From NCBI RefSeq assembly GCF_009914755.1, contig NC_060944.1: a stretch of 64,000 nucleotides of DNA. One strand, written 5' to 3'. The position numbers and the translations under genes were made by a program. Below, piece by piece: positions 1-13,166 of the stretch (the first letter of the stretch is position 1; every line of letters begins with the position of its first letter). Source of the stretch: the human T2T-CHM13v2.0 reference genome, Homo sapiens. Under the pieces are notes generated by a model that was given only the letters and a program-made list of their open reading frames with translations, was not told the origin of the DNA and did no database searches.

Positions 1-113
1 TGCTTGAACTCGGGAGGCGGAGGTTGCGGTGAGCTGAGATCACGCCATTGCACTCCAGCTCTGGCGACAGAGCAAGACTCTGTCTAGGGGAAAAAAGAAA
101 AGAGAAGAAAGAA
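1..113 (+). mobile_element. Alu right-arm 3' end (cut by window edge)
   Basis: GAGGCGGAGGTTGCGGTGAGCTGAGATCACGCCATTGCACTCCAGC followed by an A-rich tail. Confidence 0.95.
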
Positions 114-2044
114 ATATTACCATTGAAGCTGAGGAGTGGAAAGGGCATGGAGGGAGAGAGGTGAATTTTGCAAACAAATAGAAAAGTCCAGCAAGCCTGT
201 GTGATTTGTTTCTATTGTAACTTTTGGCCAACTGCCACTGGCTGAGTTTCCAGGGATTTCTTTCTGTTTTCCCTATATATGGTGAGATCATAATGACTTT
301 TGATGTTTTCAAGATAGAAAAGCAGGGTGAAAAGTTATTGCAAAAAAAAAAAGAATCCAAAGCAAAATAAATAAAAGTCCATGTAGAACGTAAGTAAGGT
401 CCCCATCTCAGATGGATTATTAATGCCTCTGCAAATGCCTGCTCCATTCTAGAAGCAGGTAGATGTTCATTAGGTGTTTGCTGAAACTTTAGTTCAATGT
501 ATCTGTTTGTCATTTATTAGGAATCAATGCTTCTAAACATTCTATAGCAGAAAATAACATTTTCCTTTTGATAGGAAAATTGTTTTAATGAACTATTACA
601 GTATCTTTCCCTCTTGACTCCCATGAGTTTAAAAATGTTGAACATCAGATAACACAGCTCTTAATTTCAATGGGCTTCACATCCTGAATGTAACTACAAT
701 AACAAATAAACTCACCACTAGATCTCAATTTACTTAGAAAAGATCCCAGCTGTCACCCAAAGCCAAAATGGGTGGAGACAGTTTGGTTCACAGATGTGGA
801 TCTCTGGCTATTGAAAAAGCATTTTCAGACATTATTAACAAGAAGAATTGGCCCAGTGAATAATACAATTATGCATGATCTGTGGTTCAGATATTCAAGT
901 GCAAGTATTCAGAAAGTGCTGCTGCAGCTAATCCAGGGGGTAGTTTTGAAAATAATGACATTTAACCTATCATAGCAATTGTTCTTGTAAAAGGTATGAA
1001 CTGTTCTAATGAAGAAAAGAATCCAGTGTAAAAATTATGTCTTGGTGCTAGAAATCATGAAGCTGAACAGTCAGTCTTACATTATTAAGTCCCCTATACA
1101 GGGGAAAAATAAATACATTTAAAAGTGTTTAAGAAATTTCTGTAAAGAGGAAAAATACCAGCAAACAACCATTTCTTCCGTGAATTTCTAGACATGTACT
1201 TGCCAAGTTCAGTAAGAAAAATGTTAATGATTATTCAAAGCATCACATGAAGGATAACAGTTAATCTGATTAGAGTAATGACATTTCTAATGTATTTATT
1301 TGGAGTAGCGATTGCTGAATTGCACTGTTATTAGCAAGCTTGCCCTGTTTACTGGAATGCTGATACATATTTAAAAAATCTGTCTTTGCATAATGCAGGC
1401 TGAGCATGTGGACAATAGAAGGGGGTCTTTAGCTTTCCTATCCTCCTTTATGTTTTATCTGATCTGCCTGCCTTGATTTGGAATGGGCCCCAGGGCTTTG
1501 TTATTGTTGATGCCTCTGCTCTCTCCCGTCCCTCCCGGTTTTGGCCTCCTTGGGTTCTGATATCTGATACACTCATGACACCTCCGAGGAATGCAGCTGA
1601 GAATTCATTGTCCCCAGGCTTTTTAAGCATCCCTGTGAACTCTCCTTTCTTTTTCTAGTTAGGAACCGTTTCTCATGCTTGATTAGTTGATTCACCAACC
1701 TTAAAATTATTGCATTTGTAGTAGTATCAATTGCCCAAAACATTCAAGCTTATAACACTGTTGGCTGCAAGTGAGACAGGCTAGAACTAAGACCCCTGCA
1801 ACCTGAGGATTTTCCAAAATTGTGATCTTTAATGAGGAGAGGGGAAATAAATGGTTCTATCAAATCCCCATCTTAGTTCCATTCCTTTCTGAAATTGTAA
1901 ACTCATCTGTACTAGTTTCTTTCATTTTGCATCTCAAGAGCCTTCATTGGAACCTGAAAGTTTAAATCCATCAAAATGCAAGAATGGAATCAAATGTGTA
2001 TTTTTTAAAGAGTGGTGTGAAGATGCAAAAAGAAAAAGAGAAGT

Positions 2045-2398
2045 TGTTATGGTCAGAATGTTTGTGTCTCCTCAAAATTCATATGTTGAAACCTAATCAC
2101 CAATGTGATTGTATTAGGAGGTGGGGCCTTCAGTAAGTGATTAGATCCTTATGAATAGGATTAGTGCCCTTATAAAGAACACAGGCTCAAAGAGTCACCT
2201 CATCCCCTCTACCATATGAGGACACAGCCAGAAGCCACCATCTACGAACAGGAAAGCTAACCCTCACCAGACACTATGCCTGCCAGCACCTTGATCTTGG
2301 ACTTCCCAGCCTCCAGAACTATGAGAAATAAATTTCTGTTGTTTGTAAGTTACTTAGGCTATGGTATTTTGTTACAGCAGCCTGAATGGACAAAGACA
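2045..2398 (+). mobile_element. MaLR solo LTR, MLT1A-like
   Basis: TG...CA termini, CTTGATCTTGGACTTCCCAGCCTCCAGAACT motif, AATAAA; perfect 5-bp TSD GAAGT on both sides. Confidence 0.9.
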
Positions 2399-3169
2399 GA
2401 AGTATGATCCAAATACTGGATATTGGCAGTCTCTCCTATATGAACGACTTCTGTTTATGTCCCCAGAGCTTAAGTGAACTGGAGGATTTGGACAGACCTG
2501 TAGCTAAACCACCCTTTTGAAGCTATTGAATTGATGGGATGATAGTTTCATCAACCAATGGATATCTATTGAGCCCTGGCTACATACCAGGCTTTGAATA
2601 CCAAGGAAACTAAGACAGATGAGGTTCATCTGTGCTCCCATGTAGCTCTCCAGAGTGTCACAGACTCTTTCTTATTGGGATTTTTAACCTGGGGGATTCA
2701 GAGGTCAGTAACTATCTGGAATTATGGTAACATTTGCTCAAGAGTGCAGAATGATATTGTCCAATAAACAATGTACTGACTACATTGATGGTTCTCAAAA
2801 TGCTTTTACTCTGAGTGGTATAAAAATAACAAGTCTTGGCCTTGGAGGTAGGTAATAGAACCCCTGAATAGGGTCAGTGTGGAGATGGGTGGCCCAGCAG
2901 GCTCCACATAGACCAAGATGGAGAGGGCAACAGAGGGGCAGGGCATGGGTAAAGCTCCTTCTGGCTGCAATAAAGACCCAGGAGCTGGAGACAAAAACTT
3001 TTAATGGGGGAGTTTGATGAGCCTTCCTGTGTAAAATCATATATAGACAAAAGGGCACTGTTTAGCTAGTGATGGTTGAGTTAAACATAAGGTCACACCA
3101 ACAATTTCCAAAATCAATAAAAAATTATTAGAATAACTTGATAAGCTATATTACTTGGTAAGCCATTTC

Positions 3170-3312
3170 ATTATAAGATATATAATATAAAATATATTTT
3201 ATATGTTATATAAGATATACTTTTATTATACTATATAATGTACCTTATATATTATAAGAAATTAACTTATTTATAAAATAAGGAAGACATATGTTGATTT
3301 ATATATTAATTT
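3170..3312. repeat. AT-rich low-complexity tract
   Basis: Almost pure A/T; includes the 20-bp palindrome ATATAAAATATATTTTATAT at 3185-3204. Confidence 0.85.
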
Positions 3313-3426
3313 ATGTTACTGTGCCAGTTCTTAAACCATCTTTTGAATGTTATTTTCTGTCTACATCTGGATTTTTCAGAAAACTGTAACCATGGCTTTC
3401 ATTAAATTTTCATGTGGTTCTAATAT

Positions 3427-4345
3427 TGGCAGGGCCTAGGTACAGATGGAGGCCCCATATCATGTGCCTGAATATTTAAAACTTACCCATAAAGCTTCTA
3501 ATAAAACATGTTTTATTCTTTTACCTTGAAAAATATTATTTTATAAGATGACCTGAAAGGCCAAGTTTACATTTAGGATTCTTGGACTCCTCTGAGTGCC
3601 CAGCCTACATGTGGTGACGCAGGGAAGGCTGGCCCCCAGTCCTCAGCATGATGTAGGGTTTTTTGCTCCTTAGTTCAGCTAAAATCCTGGTTTTTATCTC
3701 ATGACCAGGAAAAATTAGGTACATGGACACATTAAAAAGTGAGGAGAGCAGAATATATTGAATGAAAAGAAAGCTCTCAGCAAAGAAACAGGGGGTCCTG
3801 CCAACAGGCTCCCACCTCACAGACTGAATACCAGGCCACCACACATGAGCTGAAGAAGCCAGGATCCTCCCCCTGCATAAGGCATGAAGTCCCAGTGGCT
3901 CTACCCCACTCTCCTAGTGCTCAGGCGGACCCCCAACTCCATTGCAGACATATCCAGACAAGACCCTGGGCAAGTTCCCTCATCTGCACAAAAGCATCTG
4001 ATGTAAACACTTGTGGGGCAGGTTGGAAATTCTCCAGGGACCCTCCATTCTCTGCCTCCTGCATCTATCAGTATGTCCTAATTTCCTTCTCTTTTCACCT
4101 CCAGCTCGCTCCTTCACCTCAAAATGGCCAGATGTGGACATCAAGACTCACCCACATCCAGTAGCAAATGGCCCTCCCAGGCCTGGGGTTATATAATCAC
4201 AACAGGATAGACCTGGGCAAGGGCTTGTCCAGACCCTGGATGTAGGTTCAAGGCTGCGTGCATAGTGAATTCAGGGATCCTGGTTACCTGAGCATGGTCC
4301 AAGGGAAGAAGGTACCAGGTGGGCATATCATCCCCAAGATGCCCA
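3427..4345. mobile_element. Probable ancient DNA-transposon relic, interrupted by an ERV1 LTR (family uncertain)
   Basis: Sequence on both sides of the 3649-4070 LTR resembles a hAT-type non-autonomous consensus from memory. Confidence 0.35.
3649..4070 (-). mobile_element. ERV1 solo LTR, MER83-like
   Basis: Minus strand reads TGATAGATGCAGGAGGCAGAG...TTTAGCTGAACTAAGGAGCAAAAAACCCTACATCA with TG/CA ends. Confidence 0.8.
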
Positions 4346-4354
4346 TGCTTACCG

Positions 4355-4647
4355 GGGGCTGTTCCCTCCAATGACAGTGTGCCATGGTCTACCACGTAGC
4401 AATTCAAGCCCATTCCTGTGAGATATAAGGTTCTTTACTGGGCAACATTGGCCTGAGTGAAATCTCCTAGGAACTGCCCTGCAGTATGAGACTTTCTTAA
4501 CCACCCCTCCTGTCTGTCTCCTCTCCTTCATGTGGTCTGCAGGTTCTCCTTTGGCTGGCTAGCTCCCCTTCATCCTTCACAGGTGTTTTCCTTTGCACAT
4601 CTAATTTCATGCTGGTATCCACCTCTTGGATGACTTGAGCTAGCACA
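4355..4647 (+). mobile_element. ERVL LTR 3' part (LTR40/LTR41/LTR52-like)
   Basis: Ends TTGCACATCTAATTTCATGCTGGTATCCACCTCTTGGATGACTTGAGCTAGCACA, typical of this group. Confidence 0.55.
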
Positions 4648-4734
4648 GATCTCAATTATTATAAATCTACATTTTCCAAGGTGGCTTAAATTTTAAGTAT
4701 TTTGTTATATTATCCCTTTTTAATTCATCTATAG

Positions 4735-5065
<331 letters not shown>

Positions 5066-5087
5066 AGCTCCATGGATTTTTAAAAAT

Positions 5088-5235
5088 GTTTTATTTTGAA
5101 ATAATTATAAAGTCAAAGGCAGTTGCAAAAATAGTGGACAGTCCTATGTACCCTTCACCCAGCTTCCCCCAATGGTCACATCTCACATTGCTTCAGTGCA
5201 ATTTCAGCACATGGATTCTAAAACCAATTACATGC
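5088..5235 (-). mobile_element. Old L1M 3' end fragment
   Basis: TTTTATTTTGAAATAATT...GTACCCTTCACCCAGCTTCCCCCAATGG is typical of an L1M 3' UTR reverse complement. Confidence 0.65.
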
Positions 5236-5254
5236 TGATCACTGCCCCATTTTA

Positions 5255-5622
5255 TTTCTAGCTCAAACAGACCCTTTCACCTGAGCTCTGGATGCATCTC
5301 TTCCTACCTATTCAGCATTTCCACTTGGATGTCTAACAGTCACTTCGGTTTTAACATGTTCAAAATAGACCCCTTGAACCCTGGCCTCCATCATCCAAGT
5401 ATTTCTCAGTCTTCTTCATTTTTGTAAGTGGTACTGTGGCCACTAAGTCATTGAAATCAATTATCTTGTGAAGCCTGTGCTTACTTGTCATGGTAGACCT
5501 GTCCCCATGGGAACATGAGGGCAGGAACCTCATCTGTCCTGTTCATTGTGGCATTTCCAGCACCATGTACAATGCTTGGGCTGGAGCAGATGCTCAATAA
5601 ATAATTTTTGGACAGATAGATG
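5255..5622 (+). mobile_element. L2 LINE 3' fragment
   Basis: TTTCCACTTGGATGTCTAA...AACATGTTCAAAA and terminal GAGGGCAGGAACC...GCTCAATAAATA. Confidence 0.75.
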
Positions 5623-6018
5623 TTTTTGGTAGAGTGAATATCATGATGTTATGGTCACAGATGACATCAACCATCAGGATTTGGCTTTCTGAGCCATAGT
5701 CTACATGCACACAAGATGAATGCCTAGAAAGGAATATGGTGTGTCTTATAAATACATTGACAAGAAACATACTCACCTGATTAGGAAAGTTTCAACCTGA
5801 GAATTGAGTGAATGGCACAGATAAAACTCGGAATAAATATCCTTCCTGCCTCCCTTCCTCCTTCCTTCCTTTTCTTCTTTCCTTCTTTCCATCACTTGGT
5901 TGCTCAGGGTACATTTTCAAGTAACATTTAGAAGAGTACATTGACCTCTTTCTTACCCTTGCATATTTGATGGGCAACATCTTTCTTTGACTTCCTATAA
6001 GAAAGAAAACGAGATTGA

Positions 6019-6397
<379 letters not shown>

Positions 6398-6449
6398 TGT
6401 GAGGTCAGTTTCTATGCCTTCTTCTTTTCATCCCTGCCTGGATGCTTGA

Positions 6450-6678
6450 AGAATATGACAAAGTGGTTAACACCATGGGTTCTAGAAATAGGCAGTTCAG
6501 ATTCTAGTTTTGCTGTATGACCTTGGGCAAGTTATTTCACATCTCTGAGGTTCAGTCTTCTTACCTGAAAATGTGGGCTACAACCCCTCTTCATATGGTC
6601 ACTGTGAAAATTAAATGCAATAATATGCATAAAGCACTTCAGGCCAGTGCCTGGCACCTAGCATATGCTCAGTAAATA
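6450..6678 (+). mobile_element. MIR SINE
   Basis: Core TGACCTTGGGCAAGTTATTTCACATCTCTGAG and tail AAAGCACTT...GTGCCTGGCAC. Confidence 0.85.
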
Positions 6679-7839
6679 CCAATGCTTCACTTTCCCTTTG
6701 AAATCTAAAATACTTGATGGGAAGAGGAAAGATATTTATTACCTTTGTAGATTTTAGCCTGCCAAACAACATGACTACTCAAGTCTTTGTCTCGTCTTGT
6801 TTTTGCTTTTCTTTTCAGTGTATGGAATTCTCAGCTTCAAACAGTAAGCCTGCATCAGGTCTGTGTCATTCAAGGGGCCAAAGTTCCAGCTGCCATGGCC
6901 TTCTTCAGGACAGCAGCCCAGCTAGCTGGAGGCTGAATTGGGCGACTTACAAGTGGTTGCACCTCCACAATGCCCTTGTAGCTCTTGCCTTGGTGGGCAT
7001 TGTGCTTTGGAGTGGAATCACCTCACCCAGAACTATTGAGATGACTTACGGTTATTAGAGCTGCCATCTTTGCACACCAAATCAGAGCATGAATGTTGTG
7101 CCCCAGTCAAGACAATCAGAAATGGCTCTTCAGAGGGAAGTAACAAGGTGGAGAAGAAGACCAGATAGGAGAAAATAAACAACAGGATGTGAGAAAACAC
7201 CCAGGCAGAGGTGGCAGCCATAAACCCAGCTCCCTACCCATCAGGAAATGGGCCAAGAAATCACCAGGACTATCCCAAGGGAGTTGGCAAATTTCTATGC
7301 AAAATCTGGGCATTAGTCTGAATAAATGAATGAACACCGAATACATGAATAAGCAAAGCAGAATGTACAGACTTCAGAGCTCTTGGCAACAAGTGCAAGC
7401 TGGGTCAGACATAAGAATAGTGGATGGAGCAAGAGAACAAAGTCACAGACTGAATATTGAGGGTTGCTCCAAGAAAGGGAGACTCCCAAGCACAGGACTG
7501 AGTCAGGGAGCTCTGTCTGGTACAAAGCCTCAGTGAGGACCAACAGATAAGGCCCCATGTCAATGAAGGCAGCTACCCAACTGGCTTCATCAGTGACTGG
7601 CTAATATTAGGTCCACTCCATTAACTAACCAACATTTCATGGAGGTCTCCAGAGGGACCTTTGGAGCATTTTCAGGTGTTCCAGAAACTAATTCAGAGTG
7701 TGCACATAGAAGTTAAATCGTTTCAGGTCAGGCCTTCCTCAGGGAGTTTGTCCAGAGGGAATAATGGGCCCATGCTGGAGCTGGAGGTGCCTCCAGGGCC
7801 ACCAGCAACCTGCATTGCTCTGCAATTATCAGAAGCTCC

Positions 7840-8200
7840 ATCTTAGTGTGAATTCACAGACCTCAAGACAAGGATATGGGTGCAAGAGAAGTGCAGGGAA
7901 CACTGGAGAGAAGTGGGGAACTGAAACCTGGAAGTAACGACAGTCAATACATGGTGCATTATTAAGCCAGCTGTCACTTTGGACAACTCAAGCTTAATCT
8001 CATGGGAAAATTGGGAAACAGTGCAAAACACATGTCTCAGAATTACCCAGCTCTATTAGGGAGAGAGCTGGGGTATTGATACACCAAATAAATAAGAGTC
8101 ATTGGCTGAAAGCTGTTTCTTGTGAGGGAGTGTTTATTCCTAGTACTTCTGTCCATGTATTTGTAGTTAGAAGTTGGCCAGAGCACACTGAAATAGTAGG
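7840..8200 (-). mobile_element. ERVL LTR33-like fragment
   Basis: AGACAAGGATATGGGTGCAAG...GAGCTGGGGTATTGATACACCAA...GTCATTGGCTGA, similar to the 18195-18691 copy. Confidence 0.6.
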
Positions 8201-8210
8201 GTCTGAGGTT

Positions 8211-8630
8211 TATCAGTTAGTTTCTTCTGCATAACAAACCACGTCAAAACTTAGTGGTGGATGATAGTATCTATTCTTTTTTAAATTAAAAAAAAAAATT
8301 TCTACCCCTTCTTCTTCTGAAAATAACCCTCTATTCTACTCACAATTCTGTGGGTCAAAGGTTTGGCATCTGCAGTCAGCCATCAAGTCCGCTGGTATCT
8401 ACATGATCTAGCACGGCTTTACTCACATGTCTAGTGTGGACAAGCTGACTGTTGGGATAATGAGTGTGACTGGACCAGGCTGGTCTCAGCTTCTTCACCT
8501 GTTAATAGTCACCAGGTTCCAAGAACAACACAAACGTAAGCCTCCATGTGCAAGTTCTTTTGAGCCTCTGCTGTACTCCACATTTGCTACTGTCCCACTG
8601 ACCAAAACAAGTTGCATGGCCAACCCAAAC
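8211..8630 (-). mobile_element. MaLR LTR, MLT1G/H-like
   Basis: GCATAACAAACCAC..AAAACTTAGTGG, CACAATTCTGTGGGTC, CCACTGACCAAAACAAG..CATGGCCAA. Confidence 0.7.
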
Positions 8631-8642
8631 TGGTGTAAGATT

Positions 8643-8721
8643 ATCAGATAAAATGTGATATGTCAAGTTCATTTTGAATTTTAGATAAACAAGAAATAAT
8701 TATTTTAGTATTAGTATGTCC
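8643..8721 (+). mobile_element. MER53 (palindromic hAT MITE), one arm only
   Basis: CAGATAAAAT...TTTGAATTTTAGATAAACAA..AATAATTATTTTAGTATTAGTATGTCC. Confidence 0.65.
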
Positions 8722-8734
8722 TATTGAAAGATGT

Positions 8735-9407
8735 GGTATTAGTCAGGGTTCTCCAGAGAAATAGAATCAGCAGGAGATGATAGATAGATGATAGATACAT
8801 AGATAGATAGATGATAGATAGATGATAGATAGATAGATAGATAGATGATAGATAGATGATAGATAGATGATAGATAATAGATAATGATAGATAGATAATA
8901 GATAACAAATAGGTAGATAATAGATAGATAGATATGCAAGAGGAGGTTTTCATAGAAATTGGCTTACATTGTTATGGTTATGGAGACCAAGAAGTCCTAC
9001 AATCTTCTGTCTGCAAGGGGAAGAACTAGAAAGCCAGTGGTATAATTCAGTTCAAGTTAGAAGGCCTGAGAATCAGGGGTAGGGGTGCTAATGGTGTACA
9101 TCCCAATCTGAATCCAAAAGCCTGAAAAAAAAGGCTGAGCTCTGATGTCTAAAGGCAGGAGAAAATGGATGGGACAGCTCAAAAAGAGAGAGTGCATTTT
9201 CCTTTCCTCCAGCATTTTGTTCTATTTAGGTCCCCAAGGATTGTATGGTGCCCACCCACACCGGGGAGGGCCGTGTTCTTTACTCAGTTCACCGATTCAG
9301 ACTCCGATCTCTTCCAGAAACTCCCTCCCAGGCACAGCTGGAAATAGTGCTTTACCAGCTACCTGGGCATCCCTTAGGCCAGTCAGGTAGACACATTAAC
9401 CATCACA
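8735..9407 (-). mobile_element. ERVL solo LTR, MLT2B-like
   Basis: GTATTAGTCAGGGTTCTCCAGAGAAA...TTAACCATCACA; 5-bp TSD GATGT at 8730-8734 and 9408-9412. Confidence 0.9.
8776..8935. repeat. Compound (GATA)n/(GAT) microsatellite inside MLT2B
   Basis: Interrupted TAGA/TGA runs seen directly. Confidence 0.95.
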
Positions 9408-9412
9408 GATGT

Positions 9413-9685
9413 CTTCTCTGACCACCTTCCTATCCCATTTTTCTGTACATCACAGAGAGAATGCAATGCTTTTTCTTCTTTGTACTTTTCACATTTACAT
9501 AAGTAGTTAGATATTTACGTGTTTGTTTACTAGTTTATTGCTGTCTTCCCTTCCAAATTGTAATCTCCATAATAGGGACCATCAGCATTTGAGCCTGGCA
9601 CCAAGTGGAGGGCCTGGCATTCAATTAACACAGGCTAAACAAATGAATGAACAAACTAAAGAGCAGGCGAATGAAATAATGAATG
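9413..9685 (+). mobile_element. L2 3' end fragment
   Basis: TTGTAATCTCCATAATAGGGACC...CCTGGCA...AATGAATGAA tail. Confidence 0.6.
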
Positions 9686-10721
9686 CTGTGTGCAGTTGGC
9701 CTACCTCAGAGTTTGGGGTTCAATCCCCTCAGAGCCTTTGTCCCTTATGTCCAACCCACAGGAGCCTTGTTTAAAGATATAAATACCCTCCAATGTCAAG
9801 GTGACATCACAAATACTCAAGCTTCCATCTTGTGGTTTATTAAAAGGCTGGCTGAACCCTTCAATGCACTTAATTCACCATTACTTTCTTGTTCTTTATT
9901 CCCTCCATATGCATTGTGTGAGTTTGTGTATGCATCTTTATATAAATTCTTATTATTCAGGTTCATAAAATATCTTTTATGAGAGGAACTATACATGGCT
10001 GACCCAGATGCACACGAGGAAATGTTTCATTTCTCAAGAAGAGCCTTCTGTGCATCCCGCCACCCCCCTGCCATGTGGCTTACCCGGGAGACCTAATGGT
10101 TCTGAAAATTGGAGCAGCTGTTTGGCTCATAAATTACTGACCTACTGTGTGCATAACAAGTGGGACTTAAATATAACCAGCTGGGGCTATTTTTGTCAAA
10201 ACCAGATTTTGAAATCCTGCATTCAGAAAAGCATTTGGGGTGTCTTTCTGATACAATTGTGTGTGGTTGTGTATCTATCTGTCTGTCTGCCCGTCTGTCT
10301 CTTTGTGTATGAAAAGAGAGGGGCAGAGAGGAACGTGAAGGGAAACTCAAGTAAGTGGATTTCATGTGCTTTATTAATCACAGACAAAACATATTTTCTT
10401 CTTTAGCAAAGCCAGGCTAGTTTATCTAACATTTGTCTAAAAAAAGGTCGCAGTTTATATTAAACCCAAATGCAGGGTCAAAAAAGCATGAACGTATAAA
10501 AGACCATGTTTACAAGAGAAAAGGCTGTCAAAGACTGGGCAAGGAGGACTGCTTACCTCTGCTGTAAAACTACCATTAGCACATTCTTCCTTCTATCATT
10601 TTTAATAGATATTAAGTGGTTTTAACCAAATCATTATGAATCTCAAAAGATTAATGTTTTAGAGTATATGATGATACTCTTTCCACAGCCCTTGGGAAAT
10701 CTATAAACAACAAACTGTAAA

Positions 10722-10885
10722 GAGTGGTTACTAACTTTGGTGGAAGCTTATGGACTCCTTGGAAATCTAATGAAAGCTATGAACCCTCTTCCCAGAAAAA
10801 AAAATACACCCACAAATTTGCATACAATTTCTGAGGCTTCACTCACCATTTGAAAGCCATCCATGAATCCTAGGTTCAGAATCCT
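10722..10885 (+). mobile_element. MER103C-like hAT-Charlie relic
   Basis: AATCTAATGAAAGCTATGAACCCTCTTCCCAGAAAA...TTTGCATACAATTTC...CCATCCATGAATCCTAGGTT. Confidence 0.75.
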
Positions 10886-10944
10886 TTCTCTAAAAGAAAT
10901 ATAACATGTAATCATGTTTAAAGGACATGGAGTTCAAAGTCTTT

Positions 10945-11060
10945 AAAGAACCTTTGAAATAATTTAATCCGTACTCTCATATACGAGGTATGGACAGAGG
11001 TTTGGAGAAGATATGACTTGCCTAAGTCACATAACAAATTTGTGACAGAGTTAAAAATCT
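10945..11060 (-). mobile_element. MIR/MIR3 fragment
   Basis: TGACTTGCCTAAGTCACA core in reverse orientation. Confidence 0.55.
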
Positions 11061-11067
11061 GGATGCT

Positions 11068-11365
11068 GTTTTAAGGCAGCTTCTTTAGAAGCAGGCCCCG
11101 AAATAATCATTGGTGTGCAAATGATTTTTAAAAGAGGTGCTCTCAAGGGAGACAGTTAAGAGTGGGAGTAGAAGAACAGAGCGAAGGAGGAAGTCAGACA
11201 AGGCTCCCTCTCAGGCAAGATCTGCAAAGAGGGGTCCTGTAGAGAACAGTAGGGGATGGATGGTACCCATGCCAATGGGTTGGGCTTTCATACTTTTGCC
11301 TCCTTCCATTACTAAGCGGAAAATAAATGCCAAGGAACCAGTAGCTTGTGGGCAGCCCTCTCAAA
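11068..11365 (-). mobile_element. Old ERVL-type LTR fragment (LTR16/33/67-like)
   Basis: TTCTTTAGAAGCAGGCCCCGAA...GTGTGCAAATGATTT, the reverse complement of the shared ERVL LTR 3' end. Confidence 0.5.
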
Positions 11366-12070
11366 CAAACAAACAAACAAACAAACACAACAAAAAAACT
11401 GCATATGGAAGTTGGGAGCAGAACTCAGACATGGTAGAAAATCTAATCCAAAGGCAGCAACGTGGAAAGCAGCGGATGTGATGGGCTCCAGCTTCCTTGA
11501 CCTCATGTTGCTGCCCCTAGAAGGACACACATGTAGACTTTTTGGTGAGCAACTCAGTGTGCTCTGTCCTAAGATTAAAGATGAATGGATGTTTAATATT
11601 TATTCTACATTTTTATCTTAAGCATCATGAGGATTCCCAGACATGTAAATGTGAGTTGTGTACAGCATAGCACAGACTAGTACAAACAACAGCCTTGTAG
11701 ATCTTCCTTCTGGAGGCTTCATGATGCGTGGTGTCCTCAGGATCCCATTCTGCTCCACTCTGTAAAGCCTTAGTAAACTCTGTCCCAAATAATGCACACA
11801 CACCACAACCTTACATATGCCTCATACAAGGGCAAAATAGGTTTGCTTTGTTTCTGCAGAGCTTATTATTTTGTAGGCTAGAAACTCCCTTTTTCATCCT
11901 GAGCAACATAACTGCATTGCAGGAGAGACGTGAACACACATGCTCCTTAGTCTTAAAAAGTCTCCCCTAAGCCAACATAAATGAATTTCCCTTAAATTAT
12001 AAGACAAAGTCCCAAAGACTGAAGCCACAACATTGGTGTCCCTGCTCTGAGTTTAAAAACTTACTGGAAC

Positions 12071-12261
12071 AGCCAGGTGAGGTGGCTTATGTCTGTAATC
12101 CCAGCACTTTGGGAGGCTGAGGCAGGAAAATAGCTTGAGTCCAGGAGTTCAACACCAGCCTGGGCAACATAGTGAGACCCTATCTCTACAAAAAATGTTA
12201 GAAACATTAGCTGAGCACAGTGGCCTGTAGTCCCAGCTACTTAGGAGGCTGAGGTAGGAGG
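12071..12261 (+). mobile_element. AluJ, 3'-truncated
   Basis: Left arm with CCAGCCTGGGCAACATAGTGAGACC and the start of the right arm; stops abruptly at an LTR. Confidence 0.9.
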
Positions 12262-12490
12262 TGTCATGGATAGTGGTCATCTGGGCCAAGCGACGCAGGA
12301 GGTAAAGGAATTTATCAAGAAAGTTGTAGGTAAAGAAAGGCAGACTTATTAGAGAAGGTATGAAAATATGTTGCAAGGTTGCAGTGGGCAGCACAGCAGG
12401 GAAGAGGATGTTTGCAAAGAGGCAGGGGCTAGAGGGACATTTTATAGGGTTATGCTCAAGGGGAGAACATGCAGAATGAAGAGTTGCAAG
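12262..12490 (-). mobile_element. ERV1-type LTR fragment (family uncertain)
   Basis: Begins TGTCATGG; GGAATTTATCAAG...TTATTAGAG (degenerate antisense polyA signal) and TTTTATAG (antisense TATA). Confidence 0.55.
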
Positions 12491-12494
12491 ATGT

Positions 12495-12908
12495 TTTGTT
12501 CCCTATGGAAACTAAAGACAACATCTTAACATATGTCCAGAAACCCAGACCCACACCTCAGAGAAAGGGGAGCTGAGGACTGAACTGTAATCACTGTTCT
12601 TTCTTCCGAATCAGAAAATCTTTGAATCCACCTATGACCTGTGGACGTCCCTGCTTCGAGATGTCCTGCCTCTTTTAGGTCAAACCAAGGTATAGCATTT
12701 ATTCATGACTTTGCCTGTGACCTCTGCCTCCCTGCCTTTAAAAGCTCTTACCTGTAAGCCATCCAGGAGGTCAGGTCTTAAGCATGAGCTGCCCGATTCT
12801 CCTTGCTTGGTGCCCTGAAATAAATGCCTCACATTCTCTCGCTGCAATCCTGATGTCACTGTTCAGCTTTGCATGCAGGAGTGTGGGCCCAAGTTCAGTT
12901 CAGGAACA
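12495..12908 (+). mobile_element. ERV1 LTR, MER39/MER34-like
   Basis: GAATCCACCTATGACCTG..CTTCGAGATGTCC...TTAAGCATGAGCTGCCCGATTCTCCTTGCTTGG..AATAAA...AGTTCAGTTCAGGAACA. Confidence 0.75.
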
Positions 12909-13002
12909 TAACCGACAGCTTCCCTAATTTTTGTCCAACTTAGGACCAATCAGAAAAAGCCAAATATGTTCCCCTAACCAATCACATAGAATGCCTTGCT
13001 GC

Positions 13003-13108
13003 TGTTGTAGGAAAACCCGGGTTCTTGTCACACGGCCGGGAAAGATTAGGCTTGAAGACACTTTGAAGGATGAGGGGGAATGGAATTTACTGGGCGAAAA
13101 GGAAAAAG

Positions 13109-13166
<58 letters not shown>

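Noticed and set aside
40-513. 157-aa minus-strand ORF
   Set aside because: It ends in Alu sequence, crosses poly-T runs and resembles no protein I recognise.
6800-7180. Coding exon after the strong polypyrimidine/CAG acceptor at about 6818
   Set aside because: Downstream frames give no recognisable protein and there is no supporting partner exon.
8643-8721. miR-1302-type hairpin from MER53
   Set aside because: Only one arm of the palindromic element remains, so no hairpin can form.
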